From NCBI GenBank assembly GCA_964348195.1, contig CAYGBX010000009.1, positions 1,131 to 65,130 of the forward strand: a DNA stretch of 64,000 bases, in the 5' to 3' direction. How positions within the stretch are numbered: the first letter of the stretch is position 1; every line of letters starts with the position of its first letter. This document shows positions 34,094 through 42,716 of the stretch, in pieces. A program made the position numbers and the translations under genes. The notes beneath the pieces are model-generated. The model was not told the origin of the DNA. It worked only from the letters and a program-made list of their open reading frames with translations, and made no database searches. Source of the DNA: an uncultured Anaerolineales bacterium (GTDB lineage: Bacteria > Chloroflexota > Anaerolineae > UBA7937 > JACPPX01).

Positions 34094-35701
34094 CTAGAGG
34101 GTTTGGCGCACCTCGTGGATGCCGGTGGCCCCGTCAGGTCTGACCCCGCGGCTTTCCACCGGCTGCAGGCGCCCAGCGCCATCGTAGGCTCGAACGCGAA
34201 AAGTGTGTCGTCCCGGCTGGTAGGGCCAGTCGTAGCGCCATTGCACCCAGGTCAGCGGGCTCAGAGGAGGGGCGCGAAGCTGGGCCCCTACCCAGGGGCC
34301 ATCGTCTACCTGGATCTCTACCCTGCTGATACCGCGGGCGCCGGCGTAGGCGATCCCGCCGATCGGCACCAGGTGTCCCGCGGCCGTGGCCAGCTCATTA
34401 GCCACGGTATCGATGACCGAGGTGGTCACGGGAACGGCTTCGGCGCTCCACCCTCTGTCCACCCAGTACCCGCGTCCCTCCTCGGCGATGGCCTCCATAC
34501 GAATGATCCACTTCGGCTGCTTCATTCCATAGCGATTTGGGATGTAGATGCGCAGCGGGAAGCCGTGCTCCTCGGGCAGGGGCTCTCCGTTCATGGCGTA
34601 GACAAGCATCGTGCGATCGTCCAGCATGTCTTGGTGGCTCACGCTCTCGTAGAACCCGTCGGCGGCTTGGATGAACAGCTCCTGCGCCTCCGGCATGAGC
34701 CCAGCCTCATCGAGGATGTCCTTGAGTCGGACACCGGTCCAGGCGCTGGTGGAGATGAGGTCGCCGGCGATCCGGTTGGAGATGCAGGACAGAGTGATGA
34801 CCTGGGTTATGGCGGGGCGCGCCATAATATCGTCCAGGGTCAAGGTCAGCGGTCGCTCCACCAGGCCACCCAGCTGCAGCCGCCACTCTGCGGCATCCAG
34901 CACGACAGGACGTAGGTTGATGTCAATACGATAGAAGTCTCGGTTGGAGGTCAGTTCGGACCGTGTTCCAGGGGCCGGAGCTATGCGTGCTGCCAACTCC
35001 TCATCAGACGGCGAGCTGATGGCGGGCGGGATCTCGCGGGGCACGGCCACGATCGCGGAGGGCCGGCCTGAGCCGCGCTGTCCAAGCAAGTAGCCTAGCC
35101 CGGTGCTCGCTGCGGTGAGCGCGGCGGCTCCGGCACCTAGGCGGGCGAGGAAGATCCTCCGGGAGGTCATGTAGGGAGCGGGCTGCGGCTCCGCTTGAGC
35201 CCGTCCCAGCGCCCAGCCGATCGTTGCCCCCCAACCCCCGAAGACGGTCGGCACCCAGATCAGGCGGAGCGGAACGATGGTGAGGGAGTCGCCGGCCAGA
35301 TATCCCAACCCCAGCACCGGGAGCGCTGCCAGCAGACCCAGCCCGGCGCCCAGCTGCCCCGAAGACAGGGATTCTGTGCGAGGCCACCGGCGCGCCAGCC
35401 CGATCGTCCCTCCCAGCGCCACGCCCAGGCCGACCGTCAGGGAAAGTGCCAGCACGGACTCGGCGGCCTTAGAGGTCTCGCGGACGGAGAGGCCGAGGAG
35501 GGACAGGCTCCCCACCATGGCGTCGATGCCGAGGGTAACCAGGGGTCCTGGAAGGATTCTCGCCACGGCATCGAAGAGATCAAACGGGACATAGGGGAGA
35601 CCGGCCAGGGCGTTTAGCGGGTAGAGGAGAGCGATCACGGGGATGCTCGTGGCTCCGCCCAGCAGGGCTCCGACCAAGAGGCTGAGGCGCCTATCACTCA
35701 T
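34094..35701 (-). CDS. sulfite-oxidase-family molybdopterin oxidoreductase fused to an N-terminal polytopic membrane domain
   Basis: Moco domain (RDFYRIDIN..., LSCISN, YAMNGEPLP..HGFPLRIYIPNRYGMKQPKWI) plus a C-terminal Ig-like domain. Start ATG 35701 has AGGAGAA upstream. An internal Tat-like MTSRRIFLARLG occurs at ATG 35170. Confidence 0.8.
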   Translation of the reverse strand: MSDRRLSLLVGALLGGATSIPVIALLYPLNALAGLPYVPFDLFDAVARILPGPLVTLGIDAMVGSLSLLGLSVRETSKAAESVLALSLTVGLGVALGGTIGLARRWPRTESLSSGQLGAGLGLLAALPVLGLGYLAGDSLTIVPLRLIWVPTVFGGWGATIGWALGRAQAEPQPAPYMTSRRIFLARLGAGAAALTAASTGLGYLLGQRGSGRPSAIVAVPREIPPAISSPSDEELAARIAPAPGTRSELTSNRDFYRIDINLRPVVLDAAEWRLQLGGLVERPLTLTLDDIMARPAITQVITLSCISNRIAGDLISTSAWTGVRLKDILDEAGLMPEAQELFIQAADGFYESVSHQDMLDDRTMLVYAMNGEPLPEEHGFPLRIYIPNRYGMKQPKWIIRMEAIAEEGRGYWVDRGWSAEAVPVTTSVIDTVANELATAAGHLVPIGGIAYAGARGISRVEIQVDDGPWVGAQLRAPPLSPLTWVQWRYDWPYQPGRHTFRVRAYDGAGRLQPVESRGVRPDGATGIHEVRQTL

Positions 35702-35804
35702 GCGGTTCTCCTGCAACCGCCCGCTTGGCGGGATGGGCCCATCCCCGCTCTCTAGACGCACTGCCGGTTTCGGGCTACATCCCCGCGGGTCGGCTTTGCA
35801 TCGC

Positions 35805-35865
35805 GCGATCGGAAGACATCGATCGAACAACGCGATCGGAAGACATCGATCGAACAACGCGATCG
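35805..35865. repeat. 27-bp perfect tandem repeat, 2.3 copies
   Basis: GCGATCGGAAGACATCGATCGAACAAC at 35805-35831 and 35832-35858, then GCGATCG. Lies in the divergent region between the Moco oxidoreductase gene and selD. Confidence 0.9.
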
Positions 35866-36035
35866 TAGCTGTCGCCCCCGACCCGGTCCAGTGACACGGC
35901 ACCGGAGCCAGAATCGATCTGCCCAGGTCGCCAAAGTCTCAGGGGGCGCGGGCTGGCGTTCCGTTGAATCCAGCTCGGGGCCCGGCTATATTGGATCGTA
36001 GAATCCGTTTCTTACGCAATGGTTAAGGAGAGTGC

Positions 36036-37100
36036 GTGCTGACGCGCGAGGAGATCCGGCTTACCGCGCTGGCATCGTGCGCAGGTTGAGCTTCCAAGAT
36101 CGGCCCCGCCGATCTGGAGCAGGTTCTGCTTCACCTGCACGATCACCGTCACCCTGATCTTCTGGTGGGACTCCAGACCGCCGATGACGCGGCGGTGTAC
36201 AGGGTGTCGACCGACCGCGCCATCATCCAGACTGTCGACTTCTTCCCGCCGGTCGTGGACGATCCCTACGACTACGGTGCCATTGCCGCTGCCAACGCAA
36301 TGAGCGACGTTTACGCTATGGGCGGCGAGGTGGTCCTGGCTCTGAACCTGGGGGCCTTCCCCGAAGACATGGATCGGGAGATAGTGCAGGAGATCCTCCG
36401 GGGAGGAGCCGACAAGGTGGCGGAGGCGGGTGCTGTGATTGGAGGCGGGCACACGATCCTCGATGACGAACCCAAGTACGGTCTGGCGGTAACGGGGTTT
36501 ATCCATCCCGACCGGATCATCCGGAAGTCCACAGCTCGCGCGGGCGATTTGCTGGTGTTGACAAAGCCCCTAGGCACGGGGATCGTGACCACTGCGCTCA
36601 AGCACTCGGCCGCCGCCCCACACGAAGTGGAGGCGGCGGTGGAGAACATGACGCGGCTCAACCACGCGGGCAGCCAGATCATGCAAGAGGTAGGGGTCCA
36701 CGCAGCCACAGACGTCACGGGCTACAGCTTGCTGGGCCACTGTTACGAGATGGCGGATGTCAGTGGAGTGGGGATTCTGATCCGGGCGGAGGATGTTCCT
36801 CTGCTCCCCGGCACTCTGGAGCACGCGGCAGGAGGACACATCCCCGCGGGGCTGCGGCGGAATCGGCGCTGGCTTGCGCAGCGAGACCGGCTCCGCCTGC
36901 CGAAGGGAATCTCGGAAGAGTGGACACTGGCTCTGCACTGTCCCGAGACGTCGGGGGGACTCCTCATCTCATTGGAGCCGGAGAAGGTGCCGTTCCTGCG
37001 GGGCCTGTTCTCCGAGGAGGGGGAGGAGACCTGGGTGGTGGGAGAGGTCACCGACGGCCGGGCCGTTGAGGTGCAGGGGAGCCCGGACCGGAACCGCTGA
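36036..37100 (+). CDS. selD: selenide, water dikinase (selenophosphate synthetase) with in-frame UGA = Sec at codon 18
   Basis: AAGGAG (36025-36030), GTG 36036, then VLTREEIRLTALASCAG-UGA(36087-36089)-ASKIGPADLEQVL.... The UGA sits where E. coli SelD has the Cys of GAGCGCK. Downstream is a typical SelD/PurM-like body (DDAAVY, VDFF, DPY..G.IAAANA.SD, GGHTI). Confidence 0.85.
36094..36117 (+). promoter_or_regulatory. candidate bacterial SECIS hairpin
   Basis: CC(A)AGATCGGC-CCC-GCCGATCT-GG, starting 5 nt after the UGA. Confidence 0.5.
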
Positions 37101-37144
37101 GCCCTCTCTTCCTAGACCGGCCTGCGCCCAGCCGTGAAGCGACC

Positions 37145-38674
37145 TCAGTGCCTGCGGACTGCGCCCAGGGCGCCGACCCATCTCCGGCGACGGGGGCGCG
37201 AAACCTCCTCCGACGCCTGCAACCGGCGGCTCCTCAGGGCTTCGGCGAAAGACATCGTCCCCACCCAGCCGAACCCGGCAGCGTAGAGCAACAGGAATGG
37301 GATCGCGGCAAGGGCTCCAGTCGCAGCAGCGATCCACCCGGCCAGCAGAGCGTAGCCGGCCAAGCCCACCTCCCCCAATACCAGAGCGTCCAGGCGTAGG
37401 CGATAGTCGTCTGCTCCCGACGGCCTTCCGGCCCGTCCGTATTTCGGAGTTCTCCGGAATCGATTGGGGCTCCCCGTGGCCGCTCCCCATATGGCCACGG
37501 TGTTGTTCAGGGCGATTCCGGTGCCGAGAAGCATCAGCCCCGGGAAGTGAGCAAATCTCCGCCCCCAGTTCTTGTGAAGGGCCCGTTGGCTCAGGAGATA
37601 GAGGAGAGGAGGGCCCACGCTAGCGAGGCTGAGATATGCGAGAGGCATACCGAAGGGTTGGCCCAGGAGAAGGATAGGTACGGATGCCAACAGGAGGACC
37701 AGCATAAGGGGGTGGATCAGGTATCCCGTCAGATGGATCAGCCCCTGGAGCCTCACGATCCAAGGATGCTGTGAGCGAATGAGACGGGGACCCAGCTTTA
37801 TCGCACACTGTAGCGAACCTTTCGCCCAGCGATGCTGCTGCCTCTTCAGGGCTTGGACCTGACTCGGGATCTCCCCCGCGGAGGTGACGTGAGGGAGGTA
37901 GAGACATCGCCACCCTGCGAGTTGAGCCCGGTAGCTCAGGTCTAGATCCTCGCAGAGGGTGTCGTGGTGCCAGCCGCCCACCTCCTCTATGCAGGCTCGG
38001 CGCCAGACCCCGCCCGATCCGTTGAAGTTCATGAACAGCCCGGAGCGGTGACGGGCGGTCTGCTCCACAACAAAGTGACCGTCCAGTGCCATCGCCTGCG
38101 CCCGGGTCAGAAGCGAGGCGGTGGCGTTGAGATGGGTCCACCGGGTCTGAACGAGCGCCGCCCTGGGATCGGCGACAAGAAAGGGGATGGTGGCTTCTAG
38201 AAAGTCAGGGGCCGGGAGGAAGTCAGCATCGAAGAGGGCCAGGAACTCCCCTTTTGCCCTGACCAACCCCTCCTGAAGGGCACCTGCCTTGAATCCTCTC
38301 CGGCGCGAGCGGTGGATCCAGACGATGTCCACCCCCATGTCCTGCAGTTGGGCCACCTTGCGACGGATGAGCGTCGAGGTTGCGTCAGATGAGTCGTCGA
38401 GGACCTGGATCTCCAGCTTGCCCCGGGGGTACTGAAGCGCCGCAGCGGCCTCGATGAGCCGTTCCACCACGTGCCTCTCGTTGTAGACGGGCAGCTGAAC
38501 GGTGACCTTCGGCGGGTTGCCGAGGGGAGTGGGCCAAGGGATCTCGTCCCGCCGGTGCCTGAGATACAGCGCCACCAGCAGGAAGGTGTTGATGCCATAG
38601 GCGGCCAGTGCGACCACGGCAGCGACCGAGAGAAGAGAGAAGGGCAAGGCGCCTCCTGAACGGATTCGAACCAC
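37145..38674 (-). CDS. processive membrane GT2 glycosyltransferase (cellulose-synthase-like superfamily)
   Basis: VQLPVYNE, QVLDDSSD, FDADF and QQHRWAKG (QxxRW) motifs. One N-terminal and several C-terminal TM helices. Confidence 0.8.
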   Translation of the reverse strand: MVRIRSGGALPFSLLSVAAVVALAAYGINTFLLVALYLRHRRDEIPWPTPLGNPPKVTVQLPVYNERHVVERLIEAAAALQYPRGKLEIQVLDDSSDATSTLIRRKVAQLQDMGVDIVWIHRSRRRGFKAGALQEGLVRAKGEFLALFDADFLPAPDFLEATIPFLVADPRAALVQTRWTHLNATASLLTRAQAMALDGHFVVEQTARHRSGLFMNFNGSGGVWRRACIEEVGGWHHDTLCEDLDLSYRAQLAGWRCLYLPHVTSAGEIPSQVQALKRQQHRWAKGSLQCAIKLGPRLIRSQHPWIVRLQGLIHLTGYLIHPLMLVLLLASVPILLLGQPFGMPLAYLSLASVGPPLLYLLSQRALHKNWGRRFAHFPGLMLLGTGIALNNTVAIWGAATGSPNRFRRTPKYGRAGRPSGADDYRLRLDALVLGEVGLAGYALLAGWIAAATGALAAIPFLLLYAAGFGWVGTMSFAEALRSRRLQASEEVSRPRRRRWVGALGAVRRH

Positions 38675-38744
38675 CCTTCCGGGCGGGGCGGGACTGTATC
38701 AGGTGGGCAGGGCTCGCGCAAACCGGGGCCAGGCCGCGGCAGCC

Positions 38745-39575
38745 CTACCCGTCGGCCTCGTGAGGGTCGATCTCCTTCGAGGGGAGGCCGTGCGTCTCGA
38801 GGCGCTGTTGGAGAAGCCCGATGGCAGCCGCCACTGATTCCGCCGCGGCGGCGCCGCTCTCTGCCCTGGCTGACAGCGTGACCATCACACGCACCCCAGG
38901 ATCGAAGGTGCGGGCCCGGGACTTGATGTACACGTCGGGGTGTTCCTCAGCCACCTGGCTCAGCGTGGAGGCCATGAGAGACTCGTCCGAGCACTCCACC
39001 AAAAGCGCCCGCTCAACAAAGCCCCCGGAGCCGAACAGAGGATCCAGGACCTCCCCCAGCGATTCGCGCCAGATCCCCTTCAGTTCGGCGGGCACGCCCG
39101 GGAGCGAGATCACTAGGCTGCTTCCCGTTCGAACCAGGCAGGCGGGGGCTCCTCCAACCGGATTGGGTATAGGCTCTGAGCCTCGGGGGAGCCGCGCCAT
39201 CTTGCGCCTGGGCTCAGTGAGTTCGCCGTGCGAGACGTACCCGCTTTCCGCCAGGTCGACGTAGCGCTGTCGGACCAACTCCAGAGCCTCCGCATTGAGT
39301 TCCAGAGGCTCGTCCAGCGCCTGGGAGACGGCCTCCAGTGTCAGATCGTCGGCGGTGGGACCAAGCCCTCCGGTTGTGATCACCAGATCGTTGTTTCTTG
39401 CCAAGGCCGCCCGGATCTCGTCTGCCACCGCATCCACCTGGTCAGGAAGGACGGTGATGCGGCGGATCGACCCTCCGCGGCGTGCCACACGCCGGCTCAG
39501 CCAGTGGCTGTTGGTGTCCAGCACGTCCCCCTGCAGGATCTCGTCGCCAATGGAGAGGATCTCTGCCCAGACCAT
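38745..39575 (-). CDS. CinA-like MoCF-biosynthesis-domain protein (no C-terminal deamidase domain)
   Basis: AEILSIGDEILQGDVLDTNSHWLS...VITTGGLGPTADDLT. 276 aa, so it lacks the PncC-type domain. Confidence 0.75.
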   Translation of the reverse strand: MVWAEILSIGDEILQGDVLDTNSHWLSRRVARRGGSIRRITVLPDQVDAVADEIRAALARNNDLVITTGGLGPTADDLTLEAVSQALDEPLELNAEALELVRQRYVDLAESGYVSHGELTEPRRKMARLPRGSEPIPNPVGGAPACLVRTGSSLVISLPGVPAELKGIWRESLGEVLDPLFGSGGFVERALLVECSDESLMASTLSQVAEEHPDVYIKSRARTFDPGVRVMVTLSARAESGAAAAESVAAAIGLLQQRLETHGLPSKEIDPHEADG

Positions 39576-40559
39576 CTAGACGAGCTCCGGATGTAGGGGT
39601 TGAGAGGCGAGGGCTTCCTGGACCTCTGCCGGGGAGAAGACGCCATCTTCAGTGACCACGCTCCGGATCAGATCCCAGGGGGTAACATCATAGTACCGGT
39701 TCATGATGTCTAGCCCAGGAGGGGCCTCGGTCCAAATCTCGGACGGATCTTCGTCCGGGATGCGGAGCGGGTATCCGGAGGGGAGGAATTTGGAGGTGCC
39801 GCAGAGAGCGTAGCAGGGTGTTCCGGATGGGCTTGCAGCAACGGCGAGCGCGTAGGTCCCCACCTTGTTCACCAGGCCTTCTTCGGCGACAGCGTCCGCG
39901 CCCACGATCAGCAGGTCCGCCTCGCTGGCCAGGCCAGGGGCGGCCGCGTCTATCACCAGCTGCGCCCGGATCCCTCCCTGGGCGAGTTGGGCGGCAAGGG
40001 AACGGCCCTCCATGTTGGGCCGCGACTCGGTGCAGATCACCGAGATCTGAAGACCGACAAGACGCGCTTGCTGAAGCGCCAAGAGGACAGTCTCGCTCGA
40101 GGAGTGGGTGAGCGCCACGCCTCGACTGGGGAAGAGGGTCACTGCGTGGCGCGCGATTTTGTCCCCTGCCGAAGCCTGTCGGGTCAGAAATCGAGAGGCG
40201 GCGTCGTCTGCGGCTTGCCGGGCGGCGCTCATCTCCGGCGCTGCCTCCACCGCGAGGAGGACCTGGCTGCTGAGTGAGACAAGCGGGGCCATGGTCGGCT
40301 GAGCCGCGATCAGCGCCCGCGTCACCTCCCTCACCTCTTCTCGAAAGATTCGCGAGGAATGTGCGGACGATGACGTCGCGAGCAGTTGCACTGCGCGCGC
40401 AGCACTGGCACCAAGAGAAGCAGCGCCCGAGGAACGGTCCTGGGCGATCTCTTCTATTCTGGCCTGGACAGGCGCCGGCAATCGGCGTGCAGCAGACTGC
40501 CGCTTCGCCTCAGGCACCCGCTTCGCCTCAGGCAGCCCGTCCGGGCGCGCGCCCCACAA
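39576..40559 (-). CDS. eIF-2B alpha/beta/delta-family protein (sugar-phosphate isomerase-like)
   Basis: VICTESRPNMEGRSLAAQL...LVIDAAA...LIVGADAV...GLVNKVGTYALAVAA. The start is uncertain: the 5' end overlaps the upstream gene and contains an 18-bp duplication. Confidence 0.7.
   Translation of the reverse strand: MWGARPDGLPEAKRVPEAKRQSAARRLPAPVQARIEEIAQDRSSGAASLGASAARAVQLLATSSSAHSSRIFREEVREVTRALIAAQPTMAPLVSLSSQVLLAVEAAPEMSAARQAADDAASRFLTRQASAGDKIARHAVTLFPSRGVALTHSSSETVLLALQQARLVGLQISVICTESRPNMEGRSLAAQLAQGGIRAQLVIDAAAPGLASEADLLIVGADAVAEEGLVNKVGTYALAVAASPSGTPCYALCGTSKFLPSGYPLRIPDEDPSEIWTEAPPGLDIMNRYYDVTPWDLIRSVVTEDGVFSPAEVQEALASQPLHPELV
40500..40535. repeat. 18-bp direct duplication
   Basis: CCGCTTCGCCTCAGGCAC / CCGCTTCGCCTCAGGCAG. 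Confidence 0.85.
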
Positions 40560-41193
40560 AGAGTCGCAGGTGGTTCTCCACCAGCCAGCGACTGGCTTCG
40601 AAGAAGCCGTAGGTGCGTCGAAGGGGATCCGCCCCGACTCGCCCGCGGGGGCTTGCCATCACCCGCCAGACGATGCCCTCCACCTCCTCCAGCCTGCTCT
40701 GGACTTCGGCGGGGCTCCGGGGAAACGAGAGGTCGGCGTAGCTTGAGGCGCTGGCACGGCCGGCCACGGCTCCCTGGCCGGACGCGCCGGCCCCGACCGG
40801 GACCGGAAGCCGGGGGAGGACCGCGAGCGCGATCAGGCTGTGGACAAAGATGAAGACCTGAAGCCGCGGCTGCGCAATTGCGTGATCCTCCTGAGCGACC
40901 AGGTCTAGTGCCTCATGCCACGGCCCCCTGGCCGGACTCGCCGGCCAGTCTTGGCCGAAGAGCAGCCTTTCGACCAGTTGACGCAACTCTTGGGGATGCC
41001 GAATCGAGGTTGCGCGCAGCGTGAGGTGAAACCCTTCCTGCGCTTGGCCCAGATGATCCACGGCGCGGGAGAGGGCCTCACGGTCTTCCTGGGGGAGGGG
41101 CCTTTCGCGGAGGTAGCGACCCAAGGCAAGAAGGGCACCGTGCGCTACGTTGCCTAGGGACGTGTATTCCAGGAGACGCTCGTAGAGTTCCAT
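40528..41193 (-). CDS. hypothetical protein
   Basis: 221-aa ORF with a helical-looking N-terminal half and no motif I recognise. Preceded by a twin-hairpin region. Confidence 0.4.
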   Translation of the reverse strand: MELYERLLEYTSLGNVAHGALLALGRYLRERPLPQEDREALSRAVDHLGQAQEGFHLTLRATSIRHPQELRQLVERLLFGQDWPASPARGPWHEALDLVAQEDHAIAQPRLQVFIFVHSLIALAVLPRLPVPVGAGASGQGAVAGRASASSYADLSFPRSPAEVQSRLEEVEGIVWRVMASPRGRVGADPLRRTYGFFEASRWLVENHLRLFVGRAPGRAA

Positions 41194-41254
41194 CGTGTCC
41201 CCTGGAATCTCAGCGCGCTGGAGGGGGATCGCGCCCGACTTTCCGATAGCCGGT

Positions 41255-41310
41255 CTCCTGCCGAGGCCCTTCGGCAGCTGTCCTCCTGCCGATACTCCTC
41301 GGCAGCTGTC
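41255..41310. repeat. two tandem 28-bp units, each a hairpin
   Basis: CTCCTGCCGAGGCCCTTCGGCAGCTGTC / CTCCTGCCGATACTCCTCGGCAGCTGTC. Each contains CTGCCGA...TCGGCAG. Lies directly downstream of the minus-strand stop at 41312. Confidence 0.85.
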
Positions 41311-41311
41311 C

Positions 41312-42463
41312 TTACCCTCTGCGGGCTCGCGCCCCTTGCGCAGCGGAGCGATCCCAGGGGGGCACGTGGTCGACGTTCAGCGAGTGGTCAAGCAGGTACT
41401 TGTCGAACTCGGACTCGTAGAGCACCCGATAGATCCGTTCGAGTCGTTCCTGCACGAAGTTGCGGAATCGGCTGGCCAATTCTTCCAGCGAAACCGTTCC
41501 GTCCCTTGGCGCACGGCTTCCGTCGGAGCGGATCCTGATCGGCGCCGGAACCATCTCCTTCAACAGGGTCCCGTCCGACGCGTTGTCCGGGAGGCGAATG
41601 CGGCCGGATGCCTGCAAGATGTGGGGCAACCGCCACTGCTTGGCGACCTGGTCTCGTATCGCCAATTCCGTCTGCATTTCATAGAGCCAGCCGGCCATTT
41701 CCTTGAAGCCGTTTGTCTCCAGCGCCCCGCCTGCCTCCTCCAGCGACAGTCGAAGCGCCCGCTCTCTAAGCTGCTTGGGGATGCGCCAGTTGTCGCGGAC
41801 GAGAAGGATGAAGGCCTCTCGAGCGCACTCCTCCGCAGCCGCGTGTAGCCCTACTAGGAAGGCTTCGAAGGCCTCAATGAGCCGGATCGACCTGATGGGG
41901 TCACCGTCTCCGGAGGCCTCCAGTTCTCGCATCATCTCCAGGTGGTGGTTGACCCCGACCATTCTCACGAAGACCAGGAAGTGCAGAGGAGCCAGCAGCT
42001 CCACCCACTCTGTGAGGAGCTCAGGAGGAGGCGGTCCGCCGCGGTAGTCCTTCAGGCCCTCGGGATCGAAACCGCCCGCGAGCTCCCGCACCCCCCACCA
42101 GTAGGGCAGTCCCAGGTCTGCGCGGTGGTGCTCCTGAATCGGAAGCCCAGGGAGCGCTTGCTCGGGATGGGGAATCGCGTGCCCCCCTATCTTTCGAGGC
42201 TTGGGCTGGACCTCCCGCTGGGCAGGTGCCTCAGGCGGAGCCGTCTCCCAGGGGACTGTGAACCTCTGGCGAACCTGGACCTTGGGCCGGGGCATGGCGT
42301 GTCCGCAGCTTTGACAGAAGAGATTGGTGGCGGGATTCTCGGTCCCACACCCCTTGCAGATGTGTGTGTCGGCCGCCACCAGGGGCTGACCGCATTCCCC
42401 GCAGAACTTGTTGCTCTCGGGGTTCGACGCGGCGCAGGAAGCGCAGATCACCCCGTCGGGCAT
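41312..42463 (-). CDS. double zinc-ribbon protein with large uncharacterised C-terminal domain
   Basis: N-terminus has CASCAASNPESNKFCGECG and CKGCGTENPATNLFCQSCG, then a Pro-rich linker and a ~270-aa domain with no motif I recognise. Confidence 0.6.
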   Translation of the reverse strand: MPDGVICASCAASNPESNKFCGECGQPLVAADTHICKGCGTENPATNLFCQSCGHAMPRPKVQVRQRFTVPWETAPPEAPAQREVQPKPRKIGGHAIPHPEQALPGLPIQEHHRADLGLPYWWGVRELAGGFDPEGLKDYRGGPPPPELLTEWVELLAPLHFLVFVRMVGVNHHLEMMRELEASGDGDPIRSIRLIEAFEAFLVGLHAAAEECAREAFILLVRDNWRIPKQLRERALRLSLEEAGGALETNGFKEMAGWLYEMQTELAIRDQVAKQWRLPHILQASGRIRLPDNASDGTLLKEMVPAPIRIRSDGSRAPRDGTVSLEELASRFRNFVQERLERIYRVLYESEFDKYLLDHSLNVDHVPPWDRSAAQGARARRG

Positions 42464-42464
42464 G

Positions 42465-42698
42465 TTATCCTACCTTCTTCTTGCCCAGTACGAAGACAAC
42501 GTTTCCCATCTGACGGATGTAGCCCTCCTCGTCATCGGAGACCACTCGCTCAGCGGTCTGGGTGATTCGCGTGTCGAGGAGGATCCACCCGGACTGCAAC
42601 AGTTTGTTTACCTGATCGCCCCCGCCGGGCCGGTAGCTCAGGGTCTTGATCTCTTTGATGTCGGGGAGATCCTCTCGGGCCACCTGTTCCTGCGCCAT
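42465..42698 (-). CDS. small soluble protein of unknown function (faintly DUF4177-like)
   Basis: 77 aa. ...GGGDQVNKLLQSGWILLDT...NVVFVLGKK pattern. 1-nt gap to the downstream gene. Confidence 0.4.
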   Translation of the reverse strand: MAQEQVAREDLPDIKEIKTLSYRPGGGDQVNKLLQSGWILLDTRITQTAERVVSDDEEGYIRQMGNVVFVLGKKKVG

Positions 42699-42716
42699 CC
42701 CGACTCCTTTCCGAAT

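Noticed and set aside
34094-35902. Track start at 35902 for the molybdoenzyme ORF
   Set aside because: The extra 67 codons run through the 27-bp tandem repeat (IALFDRCLP twice) and lack an RBS. ATG 35701 has AGGAGAA upstream.
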